A stretch of DNA of 63,378 bases, counting the filler, from Reclinomonas americana ATCC 50394 (Eukaryota): NCBI GenBank assembly GCA_048213135.1. It is 14 parts of 14 records of this genome, joined end to end, with 100 filler letters (N's around TTAATTAATTAA, not from the genome) between each part and the next. Parts side by side here need not be neighbours in the genome. Positions count along the whole stretch, not along the records: positions 35,401 to 47,533 come from AFZH01017024.1; positions 47,634 to 49,108 come from AFZH01017025.1; positions 49,209 to 52,240 come from AFZH01017026.1; 11 more parts are not named here. The stretch is one strand, 5' to 3'. Under the pieces are notes generated by a model. That model did not search any database and had not been told where the DNA came from. It worked only from the letters and a program-made list of their open reading frames with translations. A program made the translations under genes and the position numbers. Positions 37,548-51,215 of the stretch are shown here, piece by piece. Within the stretch, counting starts at the first letter, position 1. The number at the start of each line of letters is the position of its first letter.

Positions 37548-40500
37548 ATACACACATTGTGTTCGGTGGGCACTGAACTATGCTGATAAATCGGCGTTTA
37601 TGTTGCAGACAATCAGCGGCTGTCAATTTATCAAGAATGCAGCGACAATGAACGGGAGTGGAGGGACATCGCCGGGCGGTGAGTTGTTGTCGGTTGTTAT
37701 CGTGCATTTGTCGTGCGTGAGGAGATAAAGATAGGTTGTGTGCGTTTGGGGATATGGAATGCAGTTATGAGATTTAACTGATATGTACGTGGATGTAACT
37801 TGCAAGCATTTTTTGCATGCATGTGGGAACATCTGTGAGCTCGTGACAGTCGGTGTAGGCGATTGTGGAATCGGTGATTTTTGTTGTAGTCGCGTTTACT
37901 CTGTCGATAGAGCAGGAAGTGAATGTCGTGTCTCCCGTTGGCCGCAGCCGTGCGTGACATGAGATATTGTCGTGTTCAGGAGGCCTGACGAGTAGCTCCG
38001 GCGTTTACAATGGAGGTGGCGCTTTGTGGATTAGTTTTATCGCTAGTGACGCGCAGGTGAGCAACATGGGTTGCAACTGGTGCGTGAGATGAAAGTGATT
38101 GTAGGGAGTTGGTTTTTGTTATGTGTTGGTGGTTGTGATAATCTTGTTGACAAGAGAACAACAGAAGGAGTACTGGTTGCGCTGGCAGTTGTGCACTGAA
38201 TAGTTAAGTTGACCTTGCGCGTTGCTGACTGGGCGTATTGTTGTTGTGTGTGCAGAGTACGCAGACAATCAGCGACTGCCGTTTCATGGACAACACGGCG
38301 TCGATGAACGGCAGTGGAGGGAGATCATTGACCGGTGAGTTGTTGCATGGCATCGTACACGGATAATTGGCGATGATTTATGTCTATACTTGATTCTGTT
38401 TACACGGCACGGTATGTTTGCGAGCCGACAAGCCTGCATTTGCGCGCGCGTGTGTGTATGTGAAGATCTGAAGGCAGTACTTACTGGTGGTGGAGAATGA
38501 GTGAGTTTGTCGATGGAAAGCAGTATTGTTTGTGTGCATGGGCGAGAGAAAGAGGGAAAAAGGAATAGAGATCTACAGTGTGTGTGTGTGTGTGTGTTTG
38601 TGTTTGAGCGCGTGCGAGTTAGTGAGGTATTACAACTACCGACTGTGAGGAAGAAAGAAAATAGATTTTAGAGAGAGAGGATGACAGTCAGAAATGAATG
38701 TTGTGTAGCACGGTGCTCACTGTAATTATTGTTCTGTGCAGGTGACGTTATAAGTTCTGGCGGTTTTAATGGAGGCGGTGCTGCGTGGATCAGTTTTAAT
38801 GGCGACAAACAGGTGAACAATATAGCAAGTGCAAACTTTGCACAAGATAACGTTCAGAGGTACAGGCGAGTTGCTGTAGAGAGTTCGTATTGTCATCATG
38901 GGTGGGCATGCGTGAAGCTTTTGTGGAGAGGATAATTGAAGTACGTGGAGGGCAGTTAATACGAGAGAGAGAGAGAAGCAAGAAAGTAGCAAGAGAACAC
39001 GTCAGTGCGTGCACGTGTGAGTACTAAACATTTTGTTGCTGCGTATGCAGAGTGCTCAGACAATTAGTGACTGCCAGTTTATGAACAACACGGCGGTGAT
39101 AAATGGCAGTGGAGGGACATCGCAATTTGGTGAGTTCTTTACACGGCTGTCGTTCTCGTTGTGCAGATGTTGGTAATCGGCGATGACAGGTTCAAGATGT
39201 TGTTTACTCGTTGTGTGCATGAGCGCGTATGTTTGCAATCAGCAAGCCTGATGTGCAAGCTTGCGGTTGCATTCGTGTGTGAAAGAGGCAGTACGTGCTT
39301 GTGGTGGAGAATGAGAGAGTTTGTCGATGGAAGCCAAGAAAGTGTATAGATCTATAAGTGTGTGGGATTGCGTGTGCATGGGCGAGAAAAAATGAAAGAG
39401 AAAGAGAAAGAGTGTATGTGTATGTGTGTGTGTTTGCTGTGAGCGTGTTAGAGTGATTGAGAGTGCGAGAGGTAGAAGGTTTAGTGTCTGCTGACGGCCG
39501 CTTACAACATATGCGCCACGAAATCCTTTTGAGGCCAACACGTGTTTGATTGGCTTTGTCTCTTTGAAGGGAAGATGACTGTTGGAGAAGAGATAGTAGT
39601 GTTAGTGTGCCAAGGTCATTATCGGTAAGGGATTTGTGGTGAATGAAGTGTTTTGTTATTGTGTGGTCGTGAGGAAGAAATGGGAAGGGAGTAAGACAAA
39701 GAGGATGACAGTCATATAGAGAATGTAGTGCGTTGCTCACAGCGATAAGTGACATGAGATCTTATTATTTTGCGCAGGTTCTGCAAGTAGTTCAGGCGTT
39801 TCGAATGGAGGCGGTGCTATTTGGATCAGTTTCTTTGGTTTCGAACAGGTGAGCAATACTGTAAGCCACCGGGTGTGCATGTTACACAAGAGAACGTTGA
39901 GAGTTCAGGCCAGTTGCTTGTGATCGTGCAAGGAAGAGCGGTGCTTGAAATCTTGTTTGTAGAGGATTCTCGGAGTGAGTAGAGGGCTGTTGACAAGAGA
40001 AATACAGAATGCAAACCTGTGAAGCATGATTGTGAGTTCACGCGGTGTTGCCATGTTGCTGACTCCGCATTCTGTCCTTGTGTTCGTTGAATGTGCAGAC
40101 AATTAGTGACTGCCGGTTTATGAATAACACGGCATCGATGAATGGCAGCGGTGGAACATCGTTCTACGGTGAGTCATTTGTACGCATATCGTACAGTGCA
40201 GATGTTGGAAATCGGCGATGAAATATAGTTGGTTTTGTTTACTCGGTGTGTGAATGTGCACGTTTGTTTGCGAGTCGGTAAGCCCTATGTGTTAGCGCTG
40301 CGTGTGGTTGCATTTGTGTGTGTGTGTGTGTGTGTGTGTGCGTTTGTGCGAAAGAGGCAATACGTACTGGTGGTGGAGAGTGACGAAGCGTGTAAGTGGA
40401 ATTGTATGTTGCATCGGAGAAAGAGAAAGACAAAGAGAAAGAGAAATTGAAAAAGAAAGAGAGCGCGTGTGAGTGAGAGTGCAGGAGATAGTAGTGTGTG

Positions 40501-43500
40501 GTTGAGAGGAAGAAAAGGGAAGAGATAAGAGAACGTGAGTAATGGGCGTGATAGAATCCAGGGAATGTTGTGTAGAACGTTGCTCACAGCGATGAGTGAC
40601 ATGGATTATTGCTATTTTGTGCAGTTAGTGCAAGTAGTTCTGGCGGTTCAAATGGAGGCGGTACTATGTGGATCAATTTCGTCGGCAACAATCAGGTGAG
40701 CACAATGCTGTGTTTCGTCGTACTGTGTCATCGTGAGCAAATCGTGCACACGAGAACGATCAGAGATCAGACGAGTGCCGTAGAGAGTTTGTATTGATCG
40801 TGGGTGGGCCTGCGTGAAGTTTTTATGGTAGAGAGGATTATCGAAGTGGGTAGATTGCAGTTGACAAAAGAGAGAAGCAAGAAATATAATGAGAACTTGT
40901 AACATGCGTTTTCGAGTTCATGAATCGTATGCTGTGTGTATATGTGTGAGAACGTGATAACTGAGTATGATGTTGTTGTGTTTGCAGACTATTAGTGACT
41001 GCCAGTTTATTAACAACCTGGCGTCGACAAGCGGAAGCAGTGGGACATCGTACTACGGTGAGTCATTTCTACGCCTATTGTACTTATTGTGCAGATGTTG
41101 GTAATCAGCGATGAAAGATTGTTGATTGTTTTCTTGGGTGTGAAAATTTCGTACTTGTGGTGGAGAATGAGTGAGTTTGTCGATGAAAGTGAAGAAACTG
41201 TTGTGTAGCTCGTTGCTCACGGCGATGCTTGACATGGATTATTTTTGTTCTGCGCAGGTGATGCAAGTAGTTCAGGCGGTTTGAATGGAGGCGGTGCTAT
41301 ATGGATCACTTTCAACGGCAACAGTCAGGTGAGTAATATTTTAAGTGCCAACGAAGTCATCGTGTACATCGCGCACAGCAGAACGATCGGAGATCAGGCG
41401 AGATGCTGCAGATAGCTTGTATTGGTGAATTTGTGAGCAAAGTCTTTTTTTGCAGAGGATGATCGACGTGATAAGAGGGCTGTTGACAAGAGATGCTGTT
41501 GACGAGAAAAACATAGAATGAGAACCTTTGAAACATGATTGTGAGGTCACGCTGTGTTTTTTCACACATTTTCCTCGTGCCAGAAATGCTATATCTTCAC
41601 TGACTCCACGTGTTAAAATACAGATAATCAGTGACTGCCATTTTATAAACAACACGTCGGCGATGAACGGCAGTGGAGGGGCATCGCAGTACCGTGAGTC
41701 ATTTGTACGTCTTTGCACTCGTTTGGCATATGCTGGTAATCTGCGAAGAAAGTTAGTTGATTCTTTTCTTGTGTGTGAAAATTTCGTACTAGTGGTAGAG
41801 AATTCAGTGAGTTTGTCGATGGAAGTGAAGATAGTGTGGAATTGTATCTGTGCATCGGCGAGGGAGAAAGAGAAAGAGAAATAAAGTATGTGAGCGTGCG
41901 AGAGGTAGGAGTGCGTGGTTGTGTGGGAGAACAGGAAGAGATTGAGAGAAAGAGGATGACAGTTGTGGAAGAGAATGTTGCGTAGCTCGTTGCTCACAGC
42001 GATGCTTGACATGGATAATTGTTGCTCTGCAGGTGATGCAAAGAGTTCAGGCGGTTTGAACGGAGGCGGTGCTATATGGATCACTTTCAACGGCAACAAT
42101 CAGGTGAGCAATGTTGTAAGTGTGAACGATGTCATCGTGTGCACATCTCGCACAAGAGAATTGTCGGAGATCAGGCGAGTTGCTGTCGATAGCTTGTATT
42201 GGTGCTTACGAGAGAGTGTGCGTGAAGGGTCCATGTTGGAGACGATTATCGAATTGAGCAAAGGGCTGTTGACAAGCGAGAGAGAGAGGAGAGAGAGAGA
42301 GAAAGGCAAGAAAAGTATCGTGCCTAGAATGAGAAACACATGAATCATGATTGTGCGTTCGCGCGGTGTGTTTTACCACATTTTTATGCGTTGAAAGTGT
42401 GATATGGTTGTCGAATTGCTGACTCGGCATCGTGTCTATGTTCTTATTGAATGTTCAGACAATCAGTGACTGCCAATTTATGAACAACACGGCGTCGATG
42501 AACGGAAGCGGTGGGACTTCGGGCGGTGAGCTATTCTTCATGGCTGTCTTAGGCGCATGTGCAGAGGCGTAGTTTTGTGTCGTTTTGATGTGCAATATCG
42601 GGACAGAGATGACAACGAAAAGAGTGAGAGAGCGGGCCGCTTTCGTAGATAGAAGTGCGCTCATGCAGATAAGTTGCAAATAATAATAGTAATAGAAACT
42701 TCACTAACACATACAACAATGAGCATCAACCAGTGATCGCCAACGAGCTTAGGCGTTCGTTATAGACAACTAGTGCATATTTCTGCTGTACAGGTATCTG
42801 AGGAATACAGGGGACAAATCGTGATGAGACAGAGTGAGAGAGAGAGAGAGTGAATTCGACGAGCAAAATTGGTAGTAAAGTAGAATGTGGTAGAATGTTG
42901 CCTCTTGTGGGTGATGTATTTTGATTTTCTGGTGGACGCAGGCCAGCAAGAAGACGGTCATGGAGATGCAAGTAGCTCTGGTGGCTACAACGGAGGTGGA
43001 GCGAGCAGCATCGTGGTCGGCGATGGGGGGTTGTCTCTGGTATGCGAGTATGTTGTACATTTGTCTTGCCAGTCGCCAATGTTAGGAGTATGTTGCCTTG
43101 TTTCGAGCAGATGCGTCGCAACGTATATTTCGGAAACCAAGCTGTGCGCAACGGCTGCGGTGGAACAAGCGCTTCTGGTCCGGCAAAGTCTTCCGGTACA
43201 GCCAGTGGTGGTGGGGCACTACTTGTACAGTGGACGACCTCTTTTGATGCTACGCTAAATGTTGCGGCTTGTATCACGTCAGAAAGATGTCTTCGACGAG
43301 TCGTTTGTACTGATTGTCGTGCAGATCACCGAATGTCACTTTTACAGCAATGTCGCATCAAGCAACGGTACGTGGGTGTTGTGCGCTTGCCCATATGCGT
43401 CGTTGCCCTAAGCTCCGAGTTGTTATAACAGGAAATGGTGGAATTGGCCTCCAATCTGCATTCAGCTCTTCCTCATACTGCGGCGGTGGCGCAATGTTGC

Positions 43501-46500
43501 TCCACTCGGAGTCTAATTTCGCTGTCTCGTTGGTGAATATTTTTCGTATCTTCTCAACGCGTACGTGCTCAACGTGCTTCAGACCCTTATTCACCGTGCA
43601 TATCAGGGAGTCTTGCACTCAAACTTCACCAACAACCTGTCCAGCAACAACGGTAATGGCGGCAACTCTCCAGTCGGCGCATCCCTTAGCGGCTTCCACG
43701 GTGGCGGGGCAGCACTGCTGGTCGCCCCAACACAATTTTCTGCGCAAGTTACGTGACAGAAGCTGTATGATGCGCCCTGCTTGTCGAGTTCTCATCTTTA
43801 TCGAGTGTACAGAATGCGGCATTTAACATTGCTTCGTCGAATTTCGTCAATAATCGCTCTTCGCAAGATGGCTCGGGGAGGCCGAACGTACCGGGACAGC
43901 CTTCGTCGAATGCACAGGGTAGCAACCACAACGGCGGTGGCGCTCTCCTGCTGGTGAACTCTGTGGCCGTCATCAACAGCAACTTTACCAGCAACTCTGT
44001 GGCCGACGCAGGAGCGGGAGTTGCTCCGTTCTCTTCCGGCAACTTTTGTGGTGGAGGCGCAGTGCTGCTCTATGGCAATGCCGCTCTTTCAACGTCTACG
44101 TTGAGCGGGAACTCGGTGACGTCCTCGATTCCTCTTGTTATTGCTGGTCGTTCAAGCGGTGGTGGCGGAGTGCTGGCGGATGCTACCAGCACAATCAGTA
44201 ACTCGACAATCGCGAACAATTTCGTCTCTGGTTCACTAGTCGCTGGAGGCGGGGTGTTACTGGGCCCGAATTCCATAATCCAGCAGAGCATGGTGTCGTT
44301 CAACTACGCTTCCACTTCGAGTGGTGTGTCGGGTGGAGGTGGTATCAGCGTCAGCGGAATTGGAGCGCACATTGTTTCAACGAAAGTGATGAGCAACTGG
44401 ACTCCGACTGGATTTGGTGGCGGCATTTTGGTGAACGAAGTGGACACTGCTGTCACGGTGCAGTCATCGTTCCTCTTTAACAACACGGCGCTGTATGGCG
44501 GTGGTATCGCTGTTCGCGCCGATCAGAGCCGTCTCAACATGAACGGAATCACGGTGGCGCAGAGCAATACTGCATATCGCAGTGGCGGCGGCCTGTACGT
44601 GACGGCCACAGCCAGTGTTTCCGTGAGCGGCAATTCACGCGTAGACTCCAACTCAGCTGTCAGCTTTGGCGGCGGTGTGTTTGCTGACTCGCAGTCCACC
44701 ACGCTGTGGTCCGGCGCGTTTGTGGTGCGCAACACGGCGCCATTTGGCGGTGGACTCTTCAGTGACGCGGAGAGTTCGCACAACATCACGGCCACCAACT
44801 TTGCCAACAACAACGCCGCGACTGCCGATGGTGGCGGAATCTATGCGGACGGCGTATCGCGAATCAATTGCAACAACTGCACGGTGACAGGAAACGGAGC
44901 CGTGCTGGCTGGCGGTGGGCTCTTTGTGTCTGAGCTGGCCTCCGTCAATACCACACAGTCGCAGTTCACTTCTAACAGTGCCAACACCACTGGTGGACAC
45001 GTGTGCCTGCGCGGTCGTTGCCAGTGGAATGACGGCTACTCGACCTTTGGTGTTGGGCGTGCCACTTTGGCAGGTGGTGCAGCCTTCTTTGCTGGTGGTG
45101 CCGCGGGTTGCTTGGTCGGGACGCAGTTTGCCTCGAACACGGCGGTGGCCGGCGGTGGCGGCGCGTTGTCGGTGACAGAGACTGCCAATGTGACACTATC
45201 AAATGTGGGACTCGCGTCGAACCGGGCTCTCTTTGGCGGTGCGGTGCAGTTGGACAACTCGCCGTCGGTCAGCCTGACTGACACAACGTTTTCTGGTAAT
45301 GTGGTCCCGACTGCTGGTGGCGGCCTGCTCGCCGCCGGTGCCAGTACGCTGGCATGCCTGCGCTGTCGCTTTGCTGGCAATGAGGCACTCGGAGGTGACG
45401 GTGGTGGCGCATCAGTGACCAACAGCACCACGGTGTCGTTCGTCGACAGTGATTTCATTTCCAATTTGTCCGGCAGCCGTGGTGGCGGTCTGGCAATCAA
45501 CATGACGGCCGTACCCTCTGTCGCTGCTTCCGGCTTCGGCGTCAGTGCAGTAGGCGTGTGGCTGCAAGGGCTCTCACTGTCTGGCAACATGGTCGAGGCT
45601 CCCAGCGGCGTGCACGCACTAGGCGAGGGCACTGGCGGTGGCCTTTTCCTGAACGGAGGTGGCGATCCGATGCGGCTGGCGACCACGGCTGTCATCTTTG
45701 CGTCATATGGTGGTGGGTGGGAGCAGTGGGTCGAGGAGTACGATATTGAGCTGTCTGGGAACTCGGCGACCGACACCAGTACCGATGACGTTGGAAGCAG
45801 TTGCGTTCACTGGGTGTACAGGGAAGGTGACAGCGTGCGGGAGGGATCTGGGAAGACGTAGAAAAGGGAGCAGAAGTCACTACATTGTTATCAGTAATTT
45901 TTGTATGCGCCAAGTGCGATGTGAGTCCCTCACGTGCTTGTCATCGCCATTTGTGCGTTGGCAGCGTATCTCTCTTTTTCGTATTGTTCGTCCATTCGTT
46001 TTCTTGGCTGACTGCAGTATTTGCTCAGCACTTTTCGATGTTAGAGTATCATTGGTGCTCAACGACACCAATGGCGACAACAGTATCGTATATCCCTCGC
46101 CGAGTACACCATACAGAGTCCAAGTTGAAGCTGTGGATGTCTTTGGACACCCTCTGACGACGCTCGATAATACCATCTTGTCTCTCGCATGCAATGGCTG
46201 CAACGCAGGGGTGAGTCGGACGAACATATTAGTGTGTGTGAGTTGTGAGAATGTTCTTTGACACGCAGTGTTACAGACGGCGGATCAAGCTGAGCCCACA
46301 GTCGGGGGAGTTGCCACCTTCCAGATATTGGTGAACCAGGAAGGCACCGCCACTGACGCGGATGTGGGTGCACGCACAGTGGACATGTCATCGCAGTCCG
46401 CATTCAACATCACCGTGGGCATCAGTGGCGGAGGTCACTTTGCGCAGCAACCGCCGCCACTTGCGATTCCAGTCGGGCCGTGTCCAGCTGGCACGGAATT

Positions 46501-49500
46501 CAAGAGCAGCGCAGGAGGCTGCATTGACTGCGCTGGAGACACGTACTCTCTGGCGGCTCCGTCGTTCGACCAGACATGCCAGGCGTGTCCGCCCGGTCTA
46601 ACGTGTCTGGGCGGCAGGAGTATCAGTGTGGAGTCTGATTTCTGGACTTTCCCAGTCTCACATGCCTGGGAGACGGAGGCGGTTTACGTGAACAGCTTTT
46701 CCATTGGGCCGCCTGACAATGGCTACGTCGTGATGTACACATGCCCCTACGACTATTGCCAACGGCCTGAGTCTGTTCCGATGAGCAATGTCGAGGAGGC
46801 CGACTATTGCAATGAGGAGCTACATCGCGATCCGTTGTCGCCGTTGTGTGGCGCGTGCAAGGTGTGTGCCGATTCCGGCCGATGCGATGAAGCGCCTTGT
46901 TTGCTCTGCTGACCCTTGCTCTCAGGCAACGTATTCGTATTGGGAGGGAGAGTGTATCGAGTGTGAAACCACGTCGAATGTTGCTCGACTCGCCGTCATC
47001 CTCAAGATGGCGGCGTTTGTCCTTGGGCTGCACATCTTCTCTCAGACAGGTGGTGGTGGAGGTGAGAGGGGAATGTGAGGGAAAGGGAGAGGGAAAGGGA
47101 GAGGAGAGGGGTGAAGAGGAAAGGGGAAGGGGCAAGGAGAGAGAGAAACAGAGGGAGTTGAAGGGAGGAAGAGAAAGAGAAGACAAAGGAAAGAGAAAAA
47201 AGGAGGGAGGAAAGAGAAATAAACAGAGACAGAAAGGAAGCGGGGAAAGAGGGACGAAGGAGAGGAAACGAGAGCGGTAATTTGGGAGGAAGTGTAAGGC
47301 AAGGTGAAGGAGAGAGGAAGGGAGAGAGGAAGGGAGAGAGGAGAGGAGAGAGGAAAGGAGAGAGGAAAGGAGAGTGGAAAGGAGAGAGGACAGAAGAGAG
47401 AGAGGAAACAGGAATGGAGACAAGAATGAAGATGGAAAGAAGAGAGGAAAGGAGTGAGAAATGGAAAGAGGAAAGGAGAGAAAGGAGATGGAAAGAGAGA
47501 GAGAGAGGAAGGGATAGAGGAAAGGAGTGAGAANNNNNNNNNNNNNNNNNNNNNNNNNNNNNNNNNNNNNNNNNNNNTTAATTAATTAANNNNNNNNNNN
47601 NNNNNNNNNNNNNNNNNNNNNNNNNNNNNNNNNAGAGAGGAATGGAGAGAGGAATGGAGACTGAAAGGAGAGAGAAATAGAAAGAGGAAAGGAGAGAGAA
47701 ACGGAAAGAGCGAGAGAGAGAAACGGAAAGAGCGAGAAAGAGAAACAAATGAGAGAGTAAGATAGAGGCAAGGAACGCAGAGGGAGACAAGAGGAGAGGG
47801 AAAAGAGAAGTCTCGGGGAGATTAATGAATAAAGAGAGAAGAGAAAAGATGACATGAGAGAGGAATGGAGCGAGACAAGGGGCGAATGAGGATGGAGATG
47901 AAATGAGAGAGGAAAGGAGCGAGACAAGGAAGCAGAGAGGTGAATGAAAAGACGAGAGGAAAGCATAATACAGAGAGAGAATGAGTGTAACAGAGAGGAG
48001 AGGAGCAAACAGACGATAGGGGCGCGGAGAGAGACATGAAGTGAAGCAAGTAAGTTGACAAGCTAGGCAGAAGAAAAGTGGCTTTTCAGGATGCGGGGAA
48101 TGAGAAAGAGCAGATAAGCAAAGCAGAAGTGAGGCGGAAGAGAGAGAAATAGGAATTGGGGGGATTAAGCTGGACAGACCATATTTCGTAGCGAGAGTCT
48201 CGTTTCTTGTTCTGCCACCTTTGCAAGAGAATATCTTGTGGAAACGATTACCGAAGCAGCTGATGGGTATCCGCCTACTTTTTTGCTTTCTACCGCTCAC
48301 ATTCTCGTTTTGTCCGTTCGTTAGCTGTCAACTCACTTATCTCTTCAACCTTTGCGCATCGCAGCCTCGGCTGAAATGATCATCTTCACGTTGCAGACCA
48401 TGACTCTACTCTTCTACCCCAATGTGGAGCTGCTGTCGGTTGGCCGCCTCCTCAAAGGTTGGGTACCGGCGTACTTTAATGTCGGCTGCCCATTGCATCT
48501 CGACGCTGCTGGCGACATGGTTGCCCGCGTCGTTTCACCCTTGGTGTACTTGGCGCTGCTGTGGATGTTTTTTGGCCTTCACCAGTTGCTGGCGTTTTCG
48601 TTTATTCGTTGTTGTCAGCCGGGCAGTCGATTCCAGCGTGATGGCTGGCGAGGCCGATTTGCTCAATGGTTTGCTCGAGAGGCGTCGCCGTATCGCTACG
48701 TGACGACGACTATTGTGCTTTTGTTGTCGGCCTACGAGGGTATGACAGAGGCGGTGATCACATTTTTGTTTTCATGCACGGCTGTTGGCAAGCAGCATGT
48801 CGTGCTCTTCTCGCCCAGCATTGTGTGCTACACTGGAGTGTTGCGTGGGGGGAAAGAGAGAGGGAAGGGAAGGGAGGGGAGGGTAAGGGAGGGAAGGGAA
48901 GGGTTTAGATGAAAGAGAGGGAGAAAGAGAGTGAGAGAGTTTAGGGAGGATAGAAGTGAGGGAAGAAGAGAGGGACGACAAGAGGGAAGGAGAGAGGAAA
49001 GGGAGGGAAGGAAGGGAAGTGAGGAATGGGAGGGAAGGAGGCAAGGAGGGAAGGAGGGAAGGAAGGGATGAGGGAAAGGAAGGGAGAGAAGGGAGGGAAG
49101 GGAGGGAANNNNNNNNNNNNNNNNNNNNNNNNNNNNNNNNNNNNNNNNNNNNTTAATTAATTAANNNNNNNNNNNNNNNNNNNNNNNNNNNNNNNNNNNN
49201 NNNNNNNNGGGAAGGGAAGGGAAGGGAAGGGAAGGGAAGGGAAGGGAAGGGAAGGGAGGGAAGGGAAGGGAAGGGAAGGGAAGGGAAGGGAAGGGAAGGG
49301 AAGGAGAGAGACAAGAGAGGAAAAGGAGTGAAGGGAGGGAAGGACGGAGGGATGAGTGAGTTACAGGAGTGAATGAGTGAGTGAGTGAGTGAGTGAGTGA
49401 GTGAGTGAGTGTGATGATGAGAAGATGAGAAGAGTGAGAAGCGTGTGTGAGTGAGAAAGTGAGCGAGAAAGAGAGAGAGAGAGTATGAGTGAGTGAGTGA

Positions 49501-50730
49501 GTGAGAAAGAGAGAGAGAGAGAATGTTGAGTTAGCTCATGATGCTTTTTATGCGGTGGTTTCTTACTCGCTCTGTTGTTGTGGAACAGATGGATGCGGCT
49601 TGTACCTCTATTTGCAATCCTCGGAGCGCTGGTGCTCGCCACCCCGGCTGTCATTGTGTGGTGGACCGTCCGGCTGCGACGAAATCGCCGGCTGGACGAC
49701 GAGAAAGTGCGACGCAGTCTCGGTACATTGTATGACCACTACCGACCGCAAGTGGTGTGGTATCAAGGTTTGTTGATGTACACGCTGTGTCTGTCTTGGT
49801 GTCAAACAACTCCTGACTCTCCTGCATTATGTGTGCGGCGCTTTACAGCCTATCAGCTCACTCGTCGACTGGTCATTGTGGGTACACTGTTCCCGCTGGC
49901 AGCAGCCGATCAGCTGGCTACTCTCCCGCTTGTGCTGTGGCTGGTGTGCGTCGGGTTCCTGACGGTGCATCTGATCATGCGACCGTACTCGCACAAGCTG
50001 TATAACATACTTGAGGTGTGTGTGTGCGTGAAGTAAGCGAAGAGAGAGAAAGGGGGTGAAAGCAACAGGCAGCAGCAGTGCATCGCAGTGCAGCAGTTTG
50101 ATCTAAAGTGAGCACTGTGTGTCGTGTTTGCGAGTGTTAGCTGGTGGCGATTTGTAGAGAAGAGGAAGGATCCTTTACTTGCTGAATGGTTTCTTCAAGG
50201 GGCCGCGAGATAAGTTGAGATGCGAAGCATCAATGAGCGGAGAACGAGAGGGAGCATACTCGACGCCGTAATTCATAGAGGGCAAGATCGACTCTCCCCT
50301 CAATGTGCTCACCGACGACGTGTATCACACACAGGCTATTGGTTTGGGCAGCTTGGTGGTGGTGTCCACTATCTTTGCCTCGCAAGTATCTTCTCAGTTC
50401 AAGACCACCACATGCATTGTCATTTTGGTGGTCACTGGCGTCGTGTTGCTGTCGCCAATTCTATGGTCTGGGTGGCGCGAACTTGTCGCGTGCTGCAGAC
50501 GACAGCGACGGCGCAATTCAAGTGACAGTCAGAGTGGCGAAGTGATCGGTGTGTTTCCAACCTCTTTCCTTTACTGCTCTGATACGTCACCTCACCTCAA
50601 TGTTGTTGCAGACGAAGCCGACCACCAGGCCATTGAAATGATGCCACGTGATGCAGAGAGACGATCTGTGGCCGGTGGTGAACTGGGCATCCCGCTTCTT
50701 CGGGTCCACGAGGAAGGTCGAGAGTTGTGA
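34757..50730 (+). CDS. Pmp-like (GGA[ILV]/FxxN) beta-helix ectodomain + Cys-rich stalk + multi-pass transmembrane domain surface receptor/adhesin (>30 exons, spans 3 gaps)
   Basis: Signal-like MQHPRHLLLACVWGAMVVGVLLSHMTLLSAASA. Dozens of FxxN...GGG(A/G)hh repeats (35597-45800). CPAGTEF...CIDCAGDTYS...CQACPPGLTCLGG...CPYDYC...LCGACK. Hydrophobic helices with LGTLYDHYRPQVVWY...LTRRL...RPYSHKLYNILE. TGA at 50728-50730. Confidence 0.85.
37609..43039 (+). repeat. Tandem array of 7 two-exon cassettes (exon A 70 nt + exon B 71 nt = 47 aa) with paralogous introns
   Basis: A exons: 37609-37678, 38265-38334, 39060-39129, 40099-40168, 40988-41057, 41624-41693, 42459-42525. B exons: ~37980-38056, 38742-38812, 39778-39848, 40625-40695, 41258-41328, 42033-42103, 42942-43039. 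All are bounded by cag| and |gt. Confidence 0.9.
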
Positions 50731-50779
50731 ATGAAGGAGGCATTATGTCGTTTCTCAGAAAGTGGAGAGAGACAATAAT

Positions 50780-51215
50780 CACGCACACGTCTGTCAAGAG
50801 TGGGGGGTGACCACGGAGAGAGAAACTGATTGCAAGTACACACTGATCAAGGGGTTCAGGGTGGAGGAGAGACGCTGATTACACGCACACATCGATCAAG
50901 GGGTTCAGGGTGGAGGAGAGAGACACTCATACAGATAAAGGGTTGAGGGTGGAGGAGATCTTGAGGCTTTGATCACACACGCACACATCGATCAAGGGCT
51001 GTGGGTGGAGGAGAGACACTGATTGCACGCACACACCGATCAAGGGTAGAGGGTGGATGAGAGACACTATTCACGCACATACCGATCAAGGGTCGAAGGT
51101 GGAGAGAGATACTGATTGCGCACGCACATCGATCAAGGACTGAGGGTGGGAAGAGACACTGATCACACACACACACATACAACATACAAACACACACTGA
51201 TCAAGGGTTGAGGGT
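50780..51215 (+). repeat. Degenerate ~43-45 bp minisatellite (CACACATCGATCAAGGGTTGAGGGTGGAGGAGAGACACTGATT-like), ~9 copies
   Basis: The GATCAAGG...GGGTGGA..AGAGACACT motif recurs directly downstream of the receptor stop codon. Confidence 0.85.

Noticed and set aside
49209..49303. (GGGAA)n tract as a possible telomeric repeat
   Set aside because: Internal to an intron of the receptor gene and part of the general purine-rich intron tracts.
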